A DNA stretch of 64,000 nucleotides. Origin: Flavobacteriaceae bacterium. GTDB taxonomy: Bacteria > Bacteroidota > Bacteroidia > Flavobacteriales > Flavobacteriaceae. Each line of letters starts with the position of its first letter. Positions within the stretch are counted from its first letter, which is position 1. The stretch spans positions 1,346 to 65,345 of the forward strand of contig JALSVQ010000089.1 in assembly GCA_027073495.1 (NCBI GenBank). The letters are read 5' to 3'. Under the pieces are notes generated by a model that was not told where the DNA came from, made no database searches, and worked only from the letters and a program-made list of their open reading frames with translations. Positions 19,652 through 29,394 of this stretch are shown piece by piece. Both the position numbers and the translations under genes were made by a program.

Positions 19652-20062
19652 TTATTTTTTAGCTAATAAATCTCTTATTTCAGCTAATAAATCTTCTTGA
19701 GATGGTCCTGCTGGTGCAGCTGGAGCTTCTTCCTCTTTCTTTTTCATATTGTTATATGATTTTACTATCATAAACATTACAAAACCTACAATAATTAAAT
19801 TGATAATAGTATCAACCCAAGCACCCCAAGTAATAGCATTTTCGGGTTTAAAACCTGCCTCACCTGCTTTTCCTATTGCTTCAGCTAAGATTATTTTTTT
19901 ATCTGCAAGACTAACGCCTCCAGTAAACATTCCTACTACTGGCATTATAATATTACTTACAAATCCTTTTACTACAGCACCAATGGCTCCTGCCATAATT
20001 ACTGCTACTGCAAATTCTACCACATTTCCTCCTGTGATAAACTCTTTAAACTCTTTTAACAT
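19652..20062 (-). CDS. mscL: Large-conductance mechanosensitive channel MscL
   Basis: 136 aa: MLKEFKEFITGGNVVEFAVAVIMAGAIGAVVKGFVSNIIMPVVG. Confidence 0.85.
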   Translation of the reverse strand: MLKEFKEFITGGNVVEFAVAVIMAGAIGAVVKGFVSNIIMPVVGMFTGGVSLADKKIILAEAIGKAGEAGFKPENAITWGAWVDTIINLIIVGFVMFMIVKSYNNMKKKEEEAPAAPAGPSQEDLLAEIRDLLAKK

Positions 20063-20110
20063 GTTCTTTTGTTTTTAATTGGTTAATTTATTTCACAAAT
20101 ATACATTTTT

Positions 20111-21211
20111 TTATTCAATATAACATCTTTTTACACGTTTGGACACACTAGTAAACACTTCATAAGTAATAGTATTGAGCTGTTTTGCAACTTTTTCTAC
20201 AGTATAACCATTACCAAAAAACAATACAGAATCACCAATTTTTACTTGTAAATCTGTTACATCAAGCATTAAACTATCCATACATATAGTGCCAATTATT
20301 GGAGCTAATTGATTTCCTATTAAAACTTTCCCATTACTATATTTTCTACTTATACCATCAGCATAACCTATCGGAACAGTAGCAACTACGGTTTTTTGCA
20401 ATGCTTTAAACTTACGATTATAACTTACCGTTTCTCCTTTTTCAATGGTACGTAACTGTGTTATTACAGATTTCAAACTACCTACAGTTTGTAACTTATC
20501 TTGTATATTTGGTAAAGATGAGGAACCATAGAGTGAAATGCCTAAACGCACCATATCAAATTGTGCTTCAGAGTAATTGATGATTCCTGCACTATTCAAA
20601 ATATGTAAAAGAGGAGTGTTAGGCAACTGCTCTGTTAGTTGCTTACTTAAAGTTTTAAATAATGCTATTTGTTTTAATGTAAATGCGTGTTCATTTTCAG
20701 CTTCGCTAGCTGCAAGATGTGAAAAAATACTGACAACGTGTATTGTATCGGTTTGTAATGTTTTAATCAAAGTACTGATATTCGAAACCGTAAATCCAGA
20801 ACGGTGCATACCTGTGTCTAGTTTTATATGAATAGGATAATGTTTGATACCTTTTACTGTTAAAAAAGCTATAAACTCCTTTAAAAAATCAAGATTATAA
20901 ACAGCTGGTTCAAGCTTATATGCAACAATAGCCTCAAATTCTTCAGGATTTGGGTTAAAAACTAAAATCGGTAATGAGATATTATTTTTTACTAACTCAA
21001 CACCTTCATCTATGAAAGCAACCGCAAGATAATCAGCATTTAGTTGTGTCAATTTTTTGGCTACTGCTACAGCACCATGACCATAAGCAAATGCTTTAAT
21101 CACAGCCATCATTTTAGTTGTTTGGTTTATTTTTTTTCTAAAAAAAGAATAATTATGAGCTAAAGCGTTTAGCTTTACTTCAAAAACAGTATTTCTATAT
21201 GTTGTAGCCAA
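20111..21211 (-). CDS. alr: Alanine racemase
   Basis: 366 aa with PLP-lysine motif AVIKAFAYGHGA and a C-terminal beta-barrel domain. Confidence 0.85.
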   Translation of the reverse strand: MATTYRNTVFEVKLNALAHNYSFFRKKINQTTKMMAVIKAFAYGHGAVAVAKKLTQLNADYLAVAFIDEGVELVKNNISLPILVFNPNPEEFEAIVAYKLEPAVYNLDFLKEFIAFLTVKGIKHYPIHIKLDTGMHRSGFTVSNISTLIKTLQTDTIHVVSIFSHLAASEAENEHAFTLKQIALFKTLSKQLTEQLPNTPLLHILNSAGIINYSEAQFDMVRLGISLYGSSSLPNIQDKLQTVGSLKSVITQLRTIEKGETVSYNRKFKALQKTVVATVPIGYADGISRKYSNGKVLIGNQLAPIIGTICMDSLMLDVTDLQVKIGDSVLFFGNGYTVEKVAKQLNTITYEVFTSVSKRVKRCYIE

Positions 21212-21215
21212 TTAT

Positions 21216-21836
21216 TTATCGGTCTTTGTATTTGTTTTCTATTGTTTTTTCAGCTTCTTGCTCACGAATAGCATTATAATAAGCCGCTCTACTCAAAGGC
21301 TCATATTCTTCTACTTCACCAAGTACAACCAAAGCATCATTTTGTATTTTTCTAAAGCTATAATGCGCTAGATTTCCTGTACGAGTACAAACGGCATGAA
21401 CTTTAGTCACGTATTCTGCTGTTGCCATAAGCGCAGGCATAGGACCAAAAGGATTACCTTTAAAATCCATATCAAGACCAGCTACAATAACACGGATACC
21501 ATTGTTTGCTAAATCATTACATACTTTTACGATTCCTTCATCAAAAAATTGTGCTTCATCAATACCTACAACCTCAACATCATCAGCTAATAAACGAATA
21601 TGCTCTGATGAAGGAACAGGAGTAGAGCGTATTTCATTTGCATCGTGTGAAACTACTTTTTCATCATCATAACGAACATCAATTGATGGCTTAAAAATTT
21701 CTACTTTTTGTTTGGCAAACTGTGCACGTTTTAATCTGCGAATTAATTCTTCTGTCTTACCAGAAAACATAGAACCGCAAACTACTTCTATCCAACCAAA
21801 TTTTTTTTCTGTCGTTATATTATTTTCTAAAAACAT
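21216..21836 (-). CDS. tdk: Thymidine kinase
   Basis: 206 aa with P-loop [14 protein letters not shown] and a C-terminal Zn ribbon-like region. Confidence 0.9.
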   Translation of the reverse strand: MFLENNITTEKKFGWIEVVCGSMFSGKTEELIRRLKRAQFAKQKVEIFKPSIDVRYDDEKVVSHDANEIRSTPVPSSEHIRLLADDVEVVGIDEAQFFDEGIVKVCNDLANNGIRVIVAGLDMDFKGNPFGPMPALMATAEYVTKVHAVCTRTGNLAHYSFRKIQNDALVVLGEVEEYEPLSRAAYYNAIREQEAEKTIENKYKDR

Positions 21837-21958
21837 GTCGTTATAATGCTAAGTTTTGATGATTTTTTTTACAAAAATATTCTAAATATTAAATTAAAAC
21901 ACGAATTATTAAAAAACTTATCAAACAATTATTAAATTTGTAGCAAATTTCAATTCTT

Positions 21959-22654
21959 ATGCAAGAACAATTATTAAATGAATTACGAGTATTAGCTGAA
22001 AGACTAATAGCTTTAGATAATAATACAAATGTAGCAACACTTAAAAATGAAGCAAAGCAGCTTTATGAAAAATTAACTGTTCTTGATTTTGTTTCACACA
22101 ATATACAAAGCTTTCAAACACCAAAAGTAGAAAATACTATTGTTAAACAAGAAACTTCACAAGTTGAGCAAATAAAAAAACAAGAGGTTGTAGTAGAAAC
22201 GCCAATTCAAGAAGTTGTTGTGCAAAAAATTGAAGTTAAAGAACCAATCGTAGAAAAATCAGTTCAAGAACCAGTCAAACCAATAGTAGAAACACCTAAA
22301 CAAGAAACACCAAAAAGTGTAGATATTAATACCTACTTGAGCAATGATGATGTCGATACTATTTTTGACCAAAACCAGTGGGAAATAAAAGACCCCGCAC
22401 AAAAATCATTGAATCGAAAATTAAAACCCGAAACTATCACTGTTGGTTTAAATGATAGAATTGCTTTTGTAAATCATTTGTTTAATTTTAGTCAATCCGA
22501 TTTTAATCGTGTTTTGTCACAGTTAAACACTATTGAAAATGAGCAAGCTGCTTATGATTTTATCAACAAAATGGTCAAACCCGAATACGATTGGGCTGGT
22601 CAAGAAGAATATGAACAACGCCTGTTAGATTTAATAGCTCGTAGATTTTCATAA
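21959..22654 (+). CDS. Hypothetical protein with a low-complexity V/E/P/K/Q-rich linker and a conserved C-terminal domain
   Basis: 231 aa with a TAaaTTTG box 19 nt upstream. The central repeat is VVVETPIQEVVVQKIEVKEPIVEKSVQEPVKPIVETPKQETPK. Confidence 0.5.
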   Translation: MQEQLLNELRVLAERLIALDNNTNVATLKNEAKQLYEKLTVLDFVSHNIQSFQTPKVENTIVKQETSQVEQIKKQEVVVETPIQEVVVQKIEVKEPIVEKSVQEPVKPIVETPKQETPKSVDINTYLSNDDVDTIFDQNQWEIKDPAQKSLNRKLKPETITVGLNDRIAFVNHLFNFSQSDFNRVLSQLNTIENEQAAYDFINKMVKPEYDWAGQEEYEQRLLDLIARRFS

Positions 22655-23322
22655 TGGCTTTATATCTTGTACCAACGCCAATTGGTAATCTTGAAGATAT
22701 TACTTTAAGAGCCATAAGAATATTAAAAGAAGTTAACCTTATTCTTGCAGAAGATACACGGACCTCGGGTAAACTACTAAAACATCTTGCAGTAGCTACG
22801 CCAATGCGTTCATACCACATGCATAATGAGCACAAAGTACTAAATAGCATTGTGCAATTACTCCAAAACGGAGAATCAATAGCACTCATTTCTGATGCGG
22901 GAACACCTGCTATTTCAGATCCTGGTTTTTTACTTGTTCGTGCTTGCGCAGCAGCTAAAATAGAAGTGATTTGTCTTCCTGGAGCAACGGCATTTGTACC
23001 AGCTTTGGTAGTTTCTGGATTACCTAATGAAAAATTTGTATTTGAAGGATTTTTACCTGTTAAAAAAGGGCGGCAAACGCGCTTAAAACTATTGGCAGAA
23101 GAAACCAGAACAATCGTTTTTTATGAATCACCACATAAATTACTAAAAACACTGAATCATTTTGAAGCCTATTTTGGAGCCGAACGCCAGATGAGTATTT
23201 CAAGAGAAGTATCTAAGCTTTACGAAGAGACATTACGAGGAACAGTAACTACTATGATTGCACACTTTGAAACACACAAACCCAAAGGAGAGTTTGTACT
23301 TGTGGTAGCAGGAAAAAAATAG
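22654..23322 (+). CDS. rsmI: 16S rRNA (cytidine1402-2'-O)-methyltransferase RsmI
   Basis: 222 aa: MALYLVPTPIGNLEDITLRAIRILKEVNLILAEDTR (tetrapyrrole-methylase fold). Confidence 0.85.
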   Translation: MALYLVPTPIGNLEDITLRAIRILKEVNLILAEDTRTSGKLLKHLAVATPMRSYHMHNEHKVLNSIVQLLQNGESIALISDAGTPAISDPGFLLVRACAAAKIEVICLPGATAFVPALVVSGLPNEKFVFEGFLPVKKGRQTRLKLLAEETRTIVFYESPHKLLKTLNHFEAYFGAERQMSISREVSKLYEETLRGTVTTMIAHFETHKPKGEFVLVVAGKK

Positions 23323-23348
23323 TTATCATTCATTATAATATCTTATCT

Positions 23349-24617
23349 TTGCGCCAACTAAAAAAAAAGATTTTGCAGAAAATAGAATTAATGGCGCCTG
23401 CCGGAAACTTTGAATCACTACAAGCTGCTTTAGATAATGGATCTGACTCTGTATATTTTGGTGTGGAGCAACTAAATATGCGCGCACGCGCATCGATTAA
23501 CTTCACTTTAGATGATTTAGAAGAAATAACACGTCGTTGCGAAGCTAAAAACGTGCGAACATATCTAACACTCAATACCATAATATACGATCACGATTTA
23601 TCAATAGTTAAAACATTAATTAATCGTGCTGTAGAAGCTAATATTACAGCTATTATCGCTTCTGATCAAGCAGTTATTAGCATGGCAAGACAAGCGGGAT
23701 TAGAAGTGCATATATCTACTCAAGTTAACATCACCAATATTGAAACGGTTAAGTTTTATGCATTATTTGCAGATACTATTGTACTTAGTCGTGAGTTGAG
23801 TTTACGTCAAGTTAAAACCATCACAGAAATAATAGAAAAAGAAGAAATTAAAGGCCCTGCAGGACGTTTAATCGAAATTGAAATATTTGGTCATGGTGCC
23901 TTGTGTATGGCAGTATCTGGAAAATGCTATATGAGTCTTCATGCGTATAACTCTAGTGCCAATCGTGGTGCTTGCAAGCAAAACTGTCGTAAAAAATATA
24001 CTGTTATCGATCAAGAAACAGGTATTGAAATGGAACTCGATAATGAATATATTATGTCTCCAGAAGATTTGTGTACACTTGATTTTCTTGATCAAGTAGT
24101 TCATGCAGGTATAAAAGTACTCAAAATAGAAGGTCGTGGGCGCGCTCCAGAATATGTAGCAACAGTTATAAGTACGTATCGTGAAGCTATAGATAGTATT
24201 GCGGAAGGAACATACAATCAAGAAAAAGCAAAAGTATGGATGGAGCAGCTAAGTACAGTCTATAATCGTGGTTTTTGGTCAGGATATTATCTTGGACAGA
24301 AATTAGGTTCTTGGTCTGATACACCAGGTTCTAAAGCAACACAAAAGAAAGTATATGTAGGCAAAGGAGTTCATTTCTTTCCAAAACCAGCTGTTGGTGA
24401 GTTCAAAATAGAAGCTTATGATATCAAAGTTGGTGACAAATTACTAGTTACAGGAGCAACAACAGGAGCAAAAGAATTGGTGCTTGAAACTATGTTTGTC
24501 AATGACCAAGAAGCTGAAACAGCAACTAAAGGAGATAGTATTACTATAAAACTACCTTTTAGAATTCGACCTTCAGACAAGCTCTACAAATTGGTTAAAA
24601 CAGAATTTTCTCAATAA
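23349..24617 (+). CDS. Peptidase-U32-family protein (TrhP/YegQ-like; start codon uncertain)
   Basis: 422 aa with the family N-terminal motif ...IELMAPAGNFESLQAAL. A TAtcTTTG box at 23344-23351 overlaps the track start, so the true start is probably a few codons downstream. The stop overlaps the ferredoxin ATG (TAATG). Confidence 0.8.
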   Translation: MRQLKKKILQKIELMAPAGNFESLQAALDNGSDSVYFGVEQLNMRARASINFTLDDLEEITRRCEAKNVRTYLTLNTIIYDHDLSIVKTLINRAVEANITAIIASDQAVISMARQAGLEVHISTQVNITNIETVKFYALFADTIVLSRELSLRQVKTITEIIEKEEIKGPAGRLIEIEIFGHGALCMAVSGKCYMSLHAYNSSANRGACKQNCRKKYTVIDQETGIEMELDNEYIMSPEDLCTLDFLDQVVHAGIKVLKIEGRGRAPEYVATVISTYREAIDSIAEGTYNQEKAKVWMEQLSTVYNRGFWSGYYLGQKLGSWSDTPGSKATQKKVYVGKGVHFFPKPAVGEFKIEAYDIKVGDKLLVTGATTGAKELVLETMFVNDQEAETATKGDSITIKLPFRIRPSDKLYKLVKTEFSQ

Positions 24618-24847
24618 TGTTAGTCGTTACTTTACAAAGAAAAAAATGTATCGGTTGCAACTATTGTGTAGAATTGGCACCAGAATATTTTAGAATGTCT
24701 AAAAAAGATGGCAAAACAACTTTGCTAAAAGCAATCGACAAAAAAGGGTTTCACACACTTAAATCACTAATAAACGAAGGTGTGACTGTCTGTGAAGCTG
24801 CTGCAGAAGCTTGTCCTGTAAATATTATAAAAGTAAAATTGGTATAA
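24617..24847 (+). CDS. Small ferredoxin-like protein
   Basis: 76 aa with CIGCNYCV ... CPVNII cysteine motifs. It is translationally coupled to the U32 gene and abuts the truA ATG. Confidence 0.7.
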   Translation: MLVVTLQRKKCIGCNYCVELAPEYFRMSKKDGKTTLLKAIDKKGFHTLKSLINEGVTVCEAAAEACPVNIIKVKLV

Positions 24848-25585
24848 ATGCGTTTTTTTCTAGAAATAGCATACAAAGGAACGCGGTATCACGGATGGCA
24901 GATTCAACCTAACGCTACAAGCGTACAAGAAACCATTCAAAAAGCATTGCAAACTATTTTTAGAAAACCTATAACTATAGTCGCTGCAGGACGTACAGAC
25001 ACAGGTGTTCATGCAAAACAAATGTATGCTTATTTTGATTTTGAAAAACCATTTCTTACCCAACAAGTGGTTTACAAACTCAATAGTATATTACCAAAAG
25101 ATATTGTTGTAAAAGCTATTCATACCGTTCACGATGACGCTCATACACGTTTTGATGCTACTTACAGAACATATCACTATTTTATTACAACACAAAAAAA
25201 CCCTTTTAACACAGATACTAGCTGGTTTGTAAAGTACAAACTTGATGCTGAAGCAATGAATACAGCAGCTCAAAAATTGTTAGATTATAGCAATTTCCAA
25301 TGCTTTTCTAAGGTAAATACAGATGTCAAAACTTTTAACTGTACCATAACTGAAGCGTACTGGGAACAAAAAGGAGAAATGCTTGTTTTCACTATTACTG
25401 CTGACCGTTTTTTACGTAATATGGTACGTGCTATTGTGGGTACTTTGGTTGCTATTGGTGGCGGAAAATTAACTATTGAAGATTTTGATGCCATTATTTT
25501 GAGTAAAGATAGAGGCAAAGCAGGGACTTCTGTTCCTGCAAAAGGCTTGTTTTTAATGGCTATTGGTTATGATTATTTAGGCTAA
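24848..25585 (+). CDS. truA: tRNA pseudouridine(38-40) synthase TruA
   Basis: 245 aa: YKGTRYHGWQIQPN ... AAGRTDTGVHA. Confidence 0.9.
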   Translation: MRFFLEIAYKGTRYHGWQIQPNATSVQETIQKALQTIFRKPITIVAAGRTDTGVHAKQMYAYFDFEKPFLTQQVVYKLNSILPKDIVVKAIHTVHDDAHTRFDATYRTYHYFITTQKNPFNTDTSWFVKYKLDAEAMNTAAQKLLDYSNFQCFSKVNTDVKTFNCTITEAYWEQKGEMLVFTITADRFLRNMVRAIVGTLVAIGGGKLTIEDFDAIILSKDRGKAGTSVPAKGLFLMAIGYDYLG

Positions 25586-25618
25586 AAATCGTACTTTTGT
25601 TGTTTAATAATTCCTATT

Positions 25619-26113
25619 ATGGCAGCAAAAAAAACAAAAATAATAACCATAACACTTGATGAAGATTATAGTGATATAACTGTATTAGGAATACAAACAC
25701 CACTTGCAGCACACCGTTTAGCCTATCAAATAAATAGTGTTTTGAATCTAAGACTTCGTAGAAACGACATACCACTTGTATTGAATAAAAAAGATTTAGA
25801 ATGCCATTTTACTACTTTTGATTATTATGATGAAGAACAAGAAATTTCGTGGTCATTAATAGAAAACACCTATAAAAGTTTACGACTAGACAAAAACCAT
25901 TTTGATTTATTTGCTACAGAACCTTTTTATTCTACAAGAATTGATTATCTTTTCCCAGAAGAAAAAGCAATTAATTATATCTTAAAAATAACCAATATTG
26001 TTAGCTCTGAATTTGATGTTTTGAGCAAAAAAATTCATCAAATATACAATGTGGAAATGATAAAACCACTAGAAATAGAAACATTAAAAAATAAAGAGAA
26101 ATTACTCTATTAA
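25619..26113 (+). CDS. Conserved Bacteroidota hypothetical protein (IPExxxVDY-family-like)
   Basis: 164 aa. A TActTTTG box lies 20 nt upstream. The internal DYLFPEEKAINY resembles the family signature. It sits upstream of pyk. The name is from recall only. Confidence 0.45.
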   Translation: MAAKKTKIITITLDEDYSDITVLGIQTPLAAHRLAYQINSVLNLRLRRNDIPLVLNKKDLECHFTTFDYYDEEQEISWSLIENTYKSLRLDKNHFDLFATEPFYSTRIDYLFPEEKAINYILKITNIVSSEFDVLSKKIHQIYNVEMIKPLEIETLKNKEKLLY

Positions 26114-26120
26114 AAAAATT

Positions 26121-27557
26121 ATGAGAGATTATAAAAAAACAAAAATAATAGCAACACTTGGACCCGCTATTGATACCCCAGAAATGATGGAACAGCTAAT
26201 ACTTGAAGGTGTTAATGTCTTCCGTGTTAATTTTTCCCACGCAGATTATGATATTGTTAAACGACAAGTGAAGACCATTAGAAATATCAACAAAAAACTG
26301 AATAAAAACACCGCTATTCTAGCAGATTTACAAGGTCCGAAACTCCGCGTAGGAAAAATGGAAGAGGATATTGTTGTGAATAACGGCGATGAAATTATTT
26401 TTACTTCAGAAGAAGTACTTGGTAATGCGTCTCGTGTGTATATGAATTACCTAAAGTTTCCACAAGATGTAAAAGTAGGTGAGTTTATCTTACTTGATGA
26501 TGGAAAATTAAAATTTGAGGTAATTGAAACAAATAATGAAGATGAGGTAAAAGCAAAAGTGATTGTTGGTGGTCCTTTGCGTTCTAATAAAGGTGTAAAT
26601 CTACCAAACACCAAAATATCATTGCCTGCATTGACCAAAAAAGACAAAAAAGATGCCTTGTTTGCCATTACACAAAAAGTAGATTGGATGGCGCTTTCTT
26701 TTGTGCGTAATGCTAAAGATTTAAAACAACTCAATGCATTAATAGAAGCAAATTCAGATTGTAAAATACCTGTTATTGCCAAAATAGAAAAACCAGAAGC
26801 CGTTAAAAAAATTAAAAAAATTATTGCTAATTGTGATGGTTTAATGGTTGCTCGTGGTGACTTAGGTGTAGAAATTCCGATGGAACAAGTACCTTTAATC
26901 CAAAAAGACTTGGTACTTGCTGCCAAAAAAGCACGTATTCCTGTTATTATCGCTACACAAATGATGGAAACTATGATGACTACTCCAGTACCTTCACGTG
27001 CCGAAGTTAATGATGTAGCCAACTCTGTAATGGATGGTGCCGATGCTGTAATGCTTTCTGGAGAAACATCTGTAGGAGAATTTCCTATTGAGGTGATTAA
27101 ACAAATGGCGCGAATTATTAAATCTGTGGAACATTCAGATATGATTCAAGTCCCAAAAAAACCGCCACACATCCGTACCAAGCGGTTTATTACGAAATCT
27201 ATTTGCTATCATGCTGCACTTATTGCTGATGAAATAGAAGCTAAAGCTATTACTACACTTACGGTAAGCGGTTATACAGCTTTTCAAATCTCTGCATGGC
27301 GACCAAAAGCAAGTATTTTAGTATATTCTAACAACAGGCGTTTGTTAGCACAATTAAGTTTACTTTGGGGCGTAAGTGCCTTTTATTATGATCATCAAGT
27401 ATCTACTGACCAGACGGTAGAAGAGTTAAATGAAATGGCACGTAAGCATAATTTTGTTGATTTAGGAGATAAACTTGTTAACCTAACAGCAATGCCTGTA
27501 AAAGCAAAAGGAATGGTAAACACCTTACGTATTTCCGAAATAGATTATCACGAATAA
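26121..27557 (+). CDS. pyk: Pyruvate kinase
   Basis: 478 aa: KTKIIATLGPA ... VFRVNFSH ... MVARGDLGVEIP. Confidence 0.9.
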   Translation: MRDYKKTKIIATLGPAIDTPEMMEQLILEGVNVFRVNFSHADYDIVKRQVKTIRNINKKLNKNTAILADLQGPKLRVGKMEEDIVVNNGDEIIFTSEEVLGNASRVYMNYLKFPQDVKVGEFILLDDGKLKFEVIETNNEDEVKAKVIVGGPLRSNKGVNLPNTKISLPALTKKDKKDALFAITQKVDWMALSFVRNAKDLKQLNALIEANSDCKIPVIAKIEKPEAVKKIKKIIANCDGLMVARGDLGVEIPMEQVPLIQKDLVLAAKKARIPVIIATQMMETMMTTPVPSRAEVNDVANSVMDGADAVMLSGETSVGEFPIEVIKQMARIIKSVEHSDMIQVPKKPPHIRTKRFITKSICYHAALIADEIEAKAITTLTVSGYTAFQISAWRPKASILVYSNNRRLLAQLSLLWGVSAFYYDHQVSTDQTVEELNEMARKHNFVDLGDKLVNLTAMPVKAKGMVNTLRISEIDYHE

Positions 27558-27572
27558 TTATTTAATAGTAGT

Positions 27573-29393
27573 ATGAAACAGCAAGTTAAATGGTCTCCTT
27601 CGGAATCAGTTATTAAAAATAGTAATATCTATTCCTTAATGCAAGAACTCTGTATAACATCTTATCCAGAGTTTTGGCAATGGTCAATAACAAATAAAAC
27701 TGAGTTTTGGAAAAAAACAGTAAACCGTCTTGGTATTCCTTTTCAAACAAAACCAAAACACATACTTGATGATTCAAAAGGTGTTACACAAGCCAAATGG
27801 CTCGCTGGAGCACAGTTTAATATTGTAGACGCTTGTTTTCAAAATAAAGCAGATGCAGTAGTACTCAAATATCAAAAAGAAAATGGTACACTTGTAGAAA
27901 TAACACAAAATGAACTTGAAAATAAGGTAAATCAAATTGCAAATAGTTTGTTGCAGCAAGGTTTAAAAACTGGCGATACTATTGCTATTGATACAGCAAT
28001 GACCTATGAAGCAGTAGCTATTTATCTCGGTGCTATCAAAGCAGGAATAACCGTAATGACTATTGCTGATAGTTTTGCATCAAATGAAATAGCAGTGCGT
28101 TTAGCTATTGGTAAACCCAAATTACTATTTACCCAAAATGTACTTTTACGCGCAGGAAAAGCCTTGCCTTTGTATCAAAAAACATGCGAAGCACAAGCGC
28201 CAAAAACTGTTGTAATACCTGTTTCTGATACTGTTCTATCATTGCGTGAATCCGATTTATTGTGGAATGATTTTTTAGTTGATAATACAGTTTTTCAAAC
28301 TGTAGCACAAGATCCAGAAGCTATCGCAACTTTGTTGTTTTCATCAGGAACTACAGGAGCACCAAAAGCTATTCCTTGGACGCATGTTACACCTATAAAA
28401 AGTGCTTCTGACGGCTATTATCATCAAGATATTCACCCTAATGATACCGTCTGTTGGCCAACAAATTTAGGTTGGATGATGGGACCTTGGCTTGTTTTTG
28501 CTGCATTGATTAACAAAGCAAGTATTGCCTTGTATTATGGAGCGCCAATGACAGCCGATTTTGGTAAATTTGTACAAGATGCACAAGTTACGATGCTTGG
28601 TGTAATACCTAGTATTGTCAAATATTGGAAAAACACCCAAGCAATGGAGGTTTTTGATTGGTCTGCTATTAAATGTTTTAGTTCAACAGGAGAAGTATCC
28701 AATCCTGAAGAAATGCGATACCTCATGGATTTAGCAGGTAATAAACCCGTAATAGAATATTGTGGAGGAACTGAAATAGGTGGTGGTTATGTGACCAGCA
28801 CTGTAGTTCAAGATAATATTCCTAGTGTGTTTTCTACCCAAGCTTTGGGTGGTTCTTTTGTTTTATTGGATGATGATTATAACGCCGCCGATAAAGGTGA
28901 GGTGTTTTTAATACCGCCGATATTAGGTATTTCTAATACTTTATTAAATAAAGATCATCACGAAGTTTATTACAAAGATACACCAACATATAAAGGGCAG
29001 CAACTACGCCGTCACGGCGACCAAATGCAACAGTTATCAAACGGTTATTATGCTGCTTTAGGACGTGTAGATGATAGTATGAATCTTGGTGGTATTAAGG
29101 TAAGTGCAGTACAACTTGAAGAGGTTTTAAGTGAACTAGAATATATTGATGAGCTTGCTGCTATTGCTGTAACTCCTCAAGGAGGAGGACCAAGTGAATT
29201 GGTACTTTATGTCGTGTTGAAAAAAGAATTACCTGTAGAAAATATAAAAAAAGAAGCACAACAATTAATTCGAAATAAACTAAACCCATTATTTAAAGTA
29301 AGTGCCGTAGTATCAATAATAAAATTACCACGAACGGCTTCAAATAAAGTAATGCGAAGAAAACTACGTGCTGATTATGAAAAAACAAGATAA
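27573..29393 (+). CDS. AMP-dependent synthetase/ligase (acetyl-/acetoacetyl-CoA-synthetase-like)
   Basis: 606 aa with adenylation motif LLFSSGTTGAPKAI, an ACS-like N-terminal extension and a C-terminal ...PRTASNKVMRRKLR. Confidence 0.75.
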   Translation: MKQQVKWSPSESVIKNSNIYSLMQELCITSYPEFWQWSITNKTEFWKKTVNRLGIPFQTKPKHILDDSKGVTQAKWLAGAQFNIVDACFQNKADAVVLKYQKENGTLVEITQNELENKVNQIANSLLQQGLKTGDTIAIDTAMTYEAVAIYLGAIKAGITVMTIADSFASNEIAVRLAIGKPKLLFTQNVLLRAGKALPLYQKTCEAQAPKTVVIPVSDTVLSLRESDLLWNDFLVDNTVFQTVAQDPEAIATLLFSSGTTGAPKAIPWTHVTPIKSASDGYYHQDIHPNDTVCWPTNLGWMMGPWLVFAALINKASIALYYGAPMTADFGKFVQDAQVTMLGVIPSIVKYWKNTQAMEVFDWSAIKCFSSTGEVSNPEEMRYLMDLAGNKPVIEYCGGTEIGGGYVTSTVVQDNIPSVFSTQALGGSFVLLDDDYNAADKGEVFLIPPILGISNTLLNKDHHEVYYKDTPTYKGQQLRRHGDQMQQLSNGYYAALGRVDDSMNLGGIKVSAVQLEEVLSELEYIDELAAIAVTPQGGGPSELVLYVVLKKELPVENIKKEAQQLIRNKLNPLFKVSAVVSIIKLPRTASNKVMRRKLRADYEKTR

Positions 29394-29394
29394 T

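Noticed and set aside
26447-27022. A 191-aa ORF antisense to pyruvate kinase. Many other antisense track ORFs fall in the same class, e.g. 993..1247, 6042..6311, 6886..7247, 17280..17522, 19749..20078, 22575..22889, 23333..23581, 23868..24221, 30015..30311, 34549..34818, 39615..39881 and 58020..59092.
   Set aside because: All lie entirely inside, and opposite to, strongly supported conserved genes. They have odd, low-complexity or Cys/Ser/Ile-rich compositions and no promoter boxes. These are shadow ORFs typical of AT-rich DNA.
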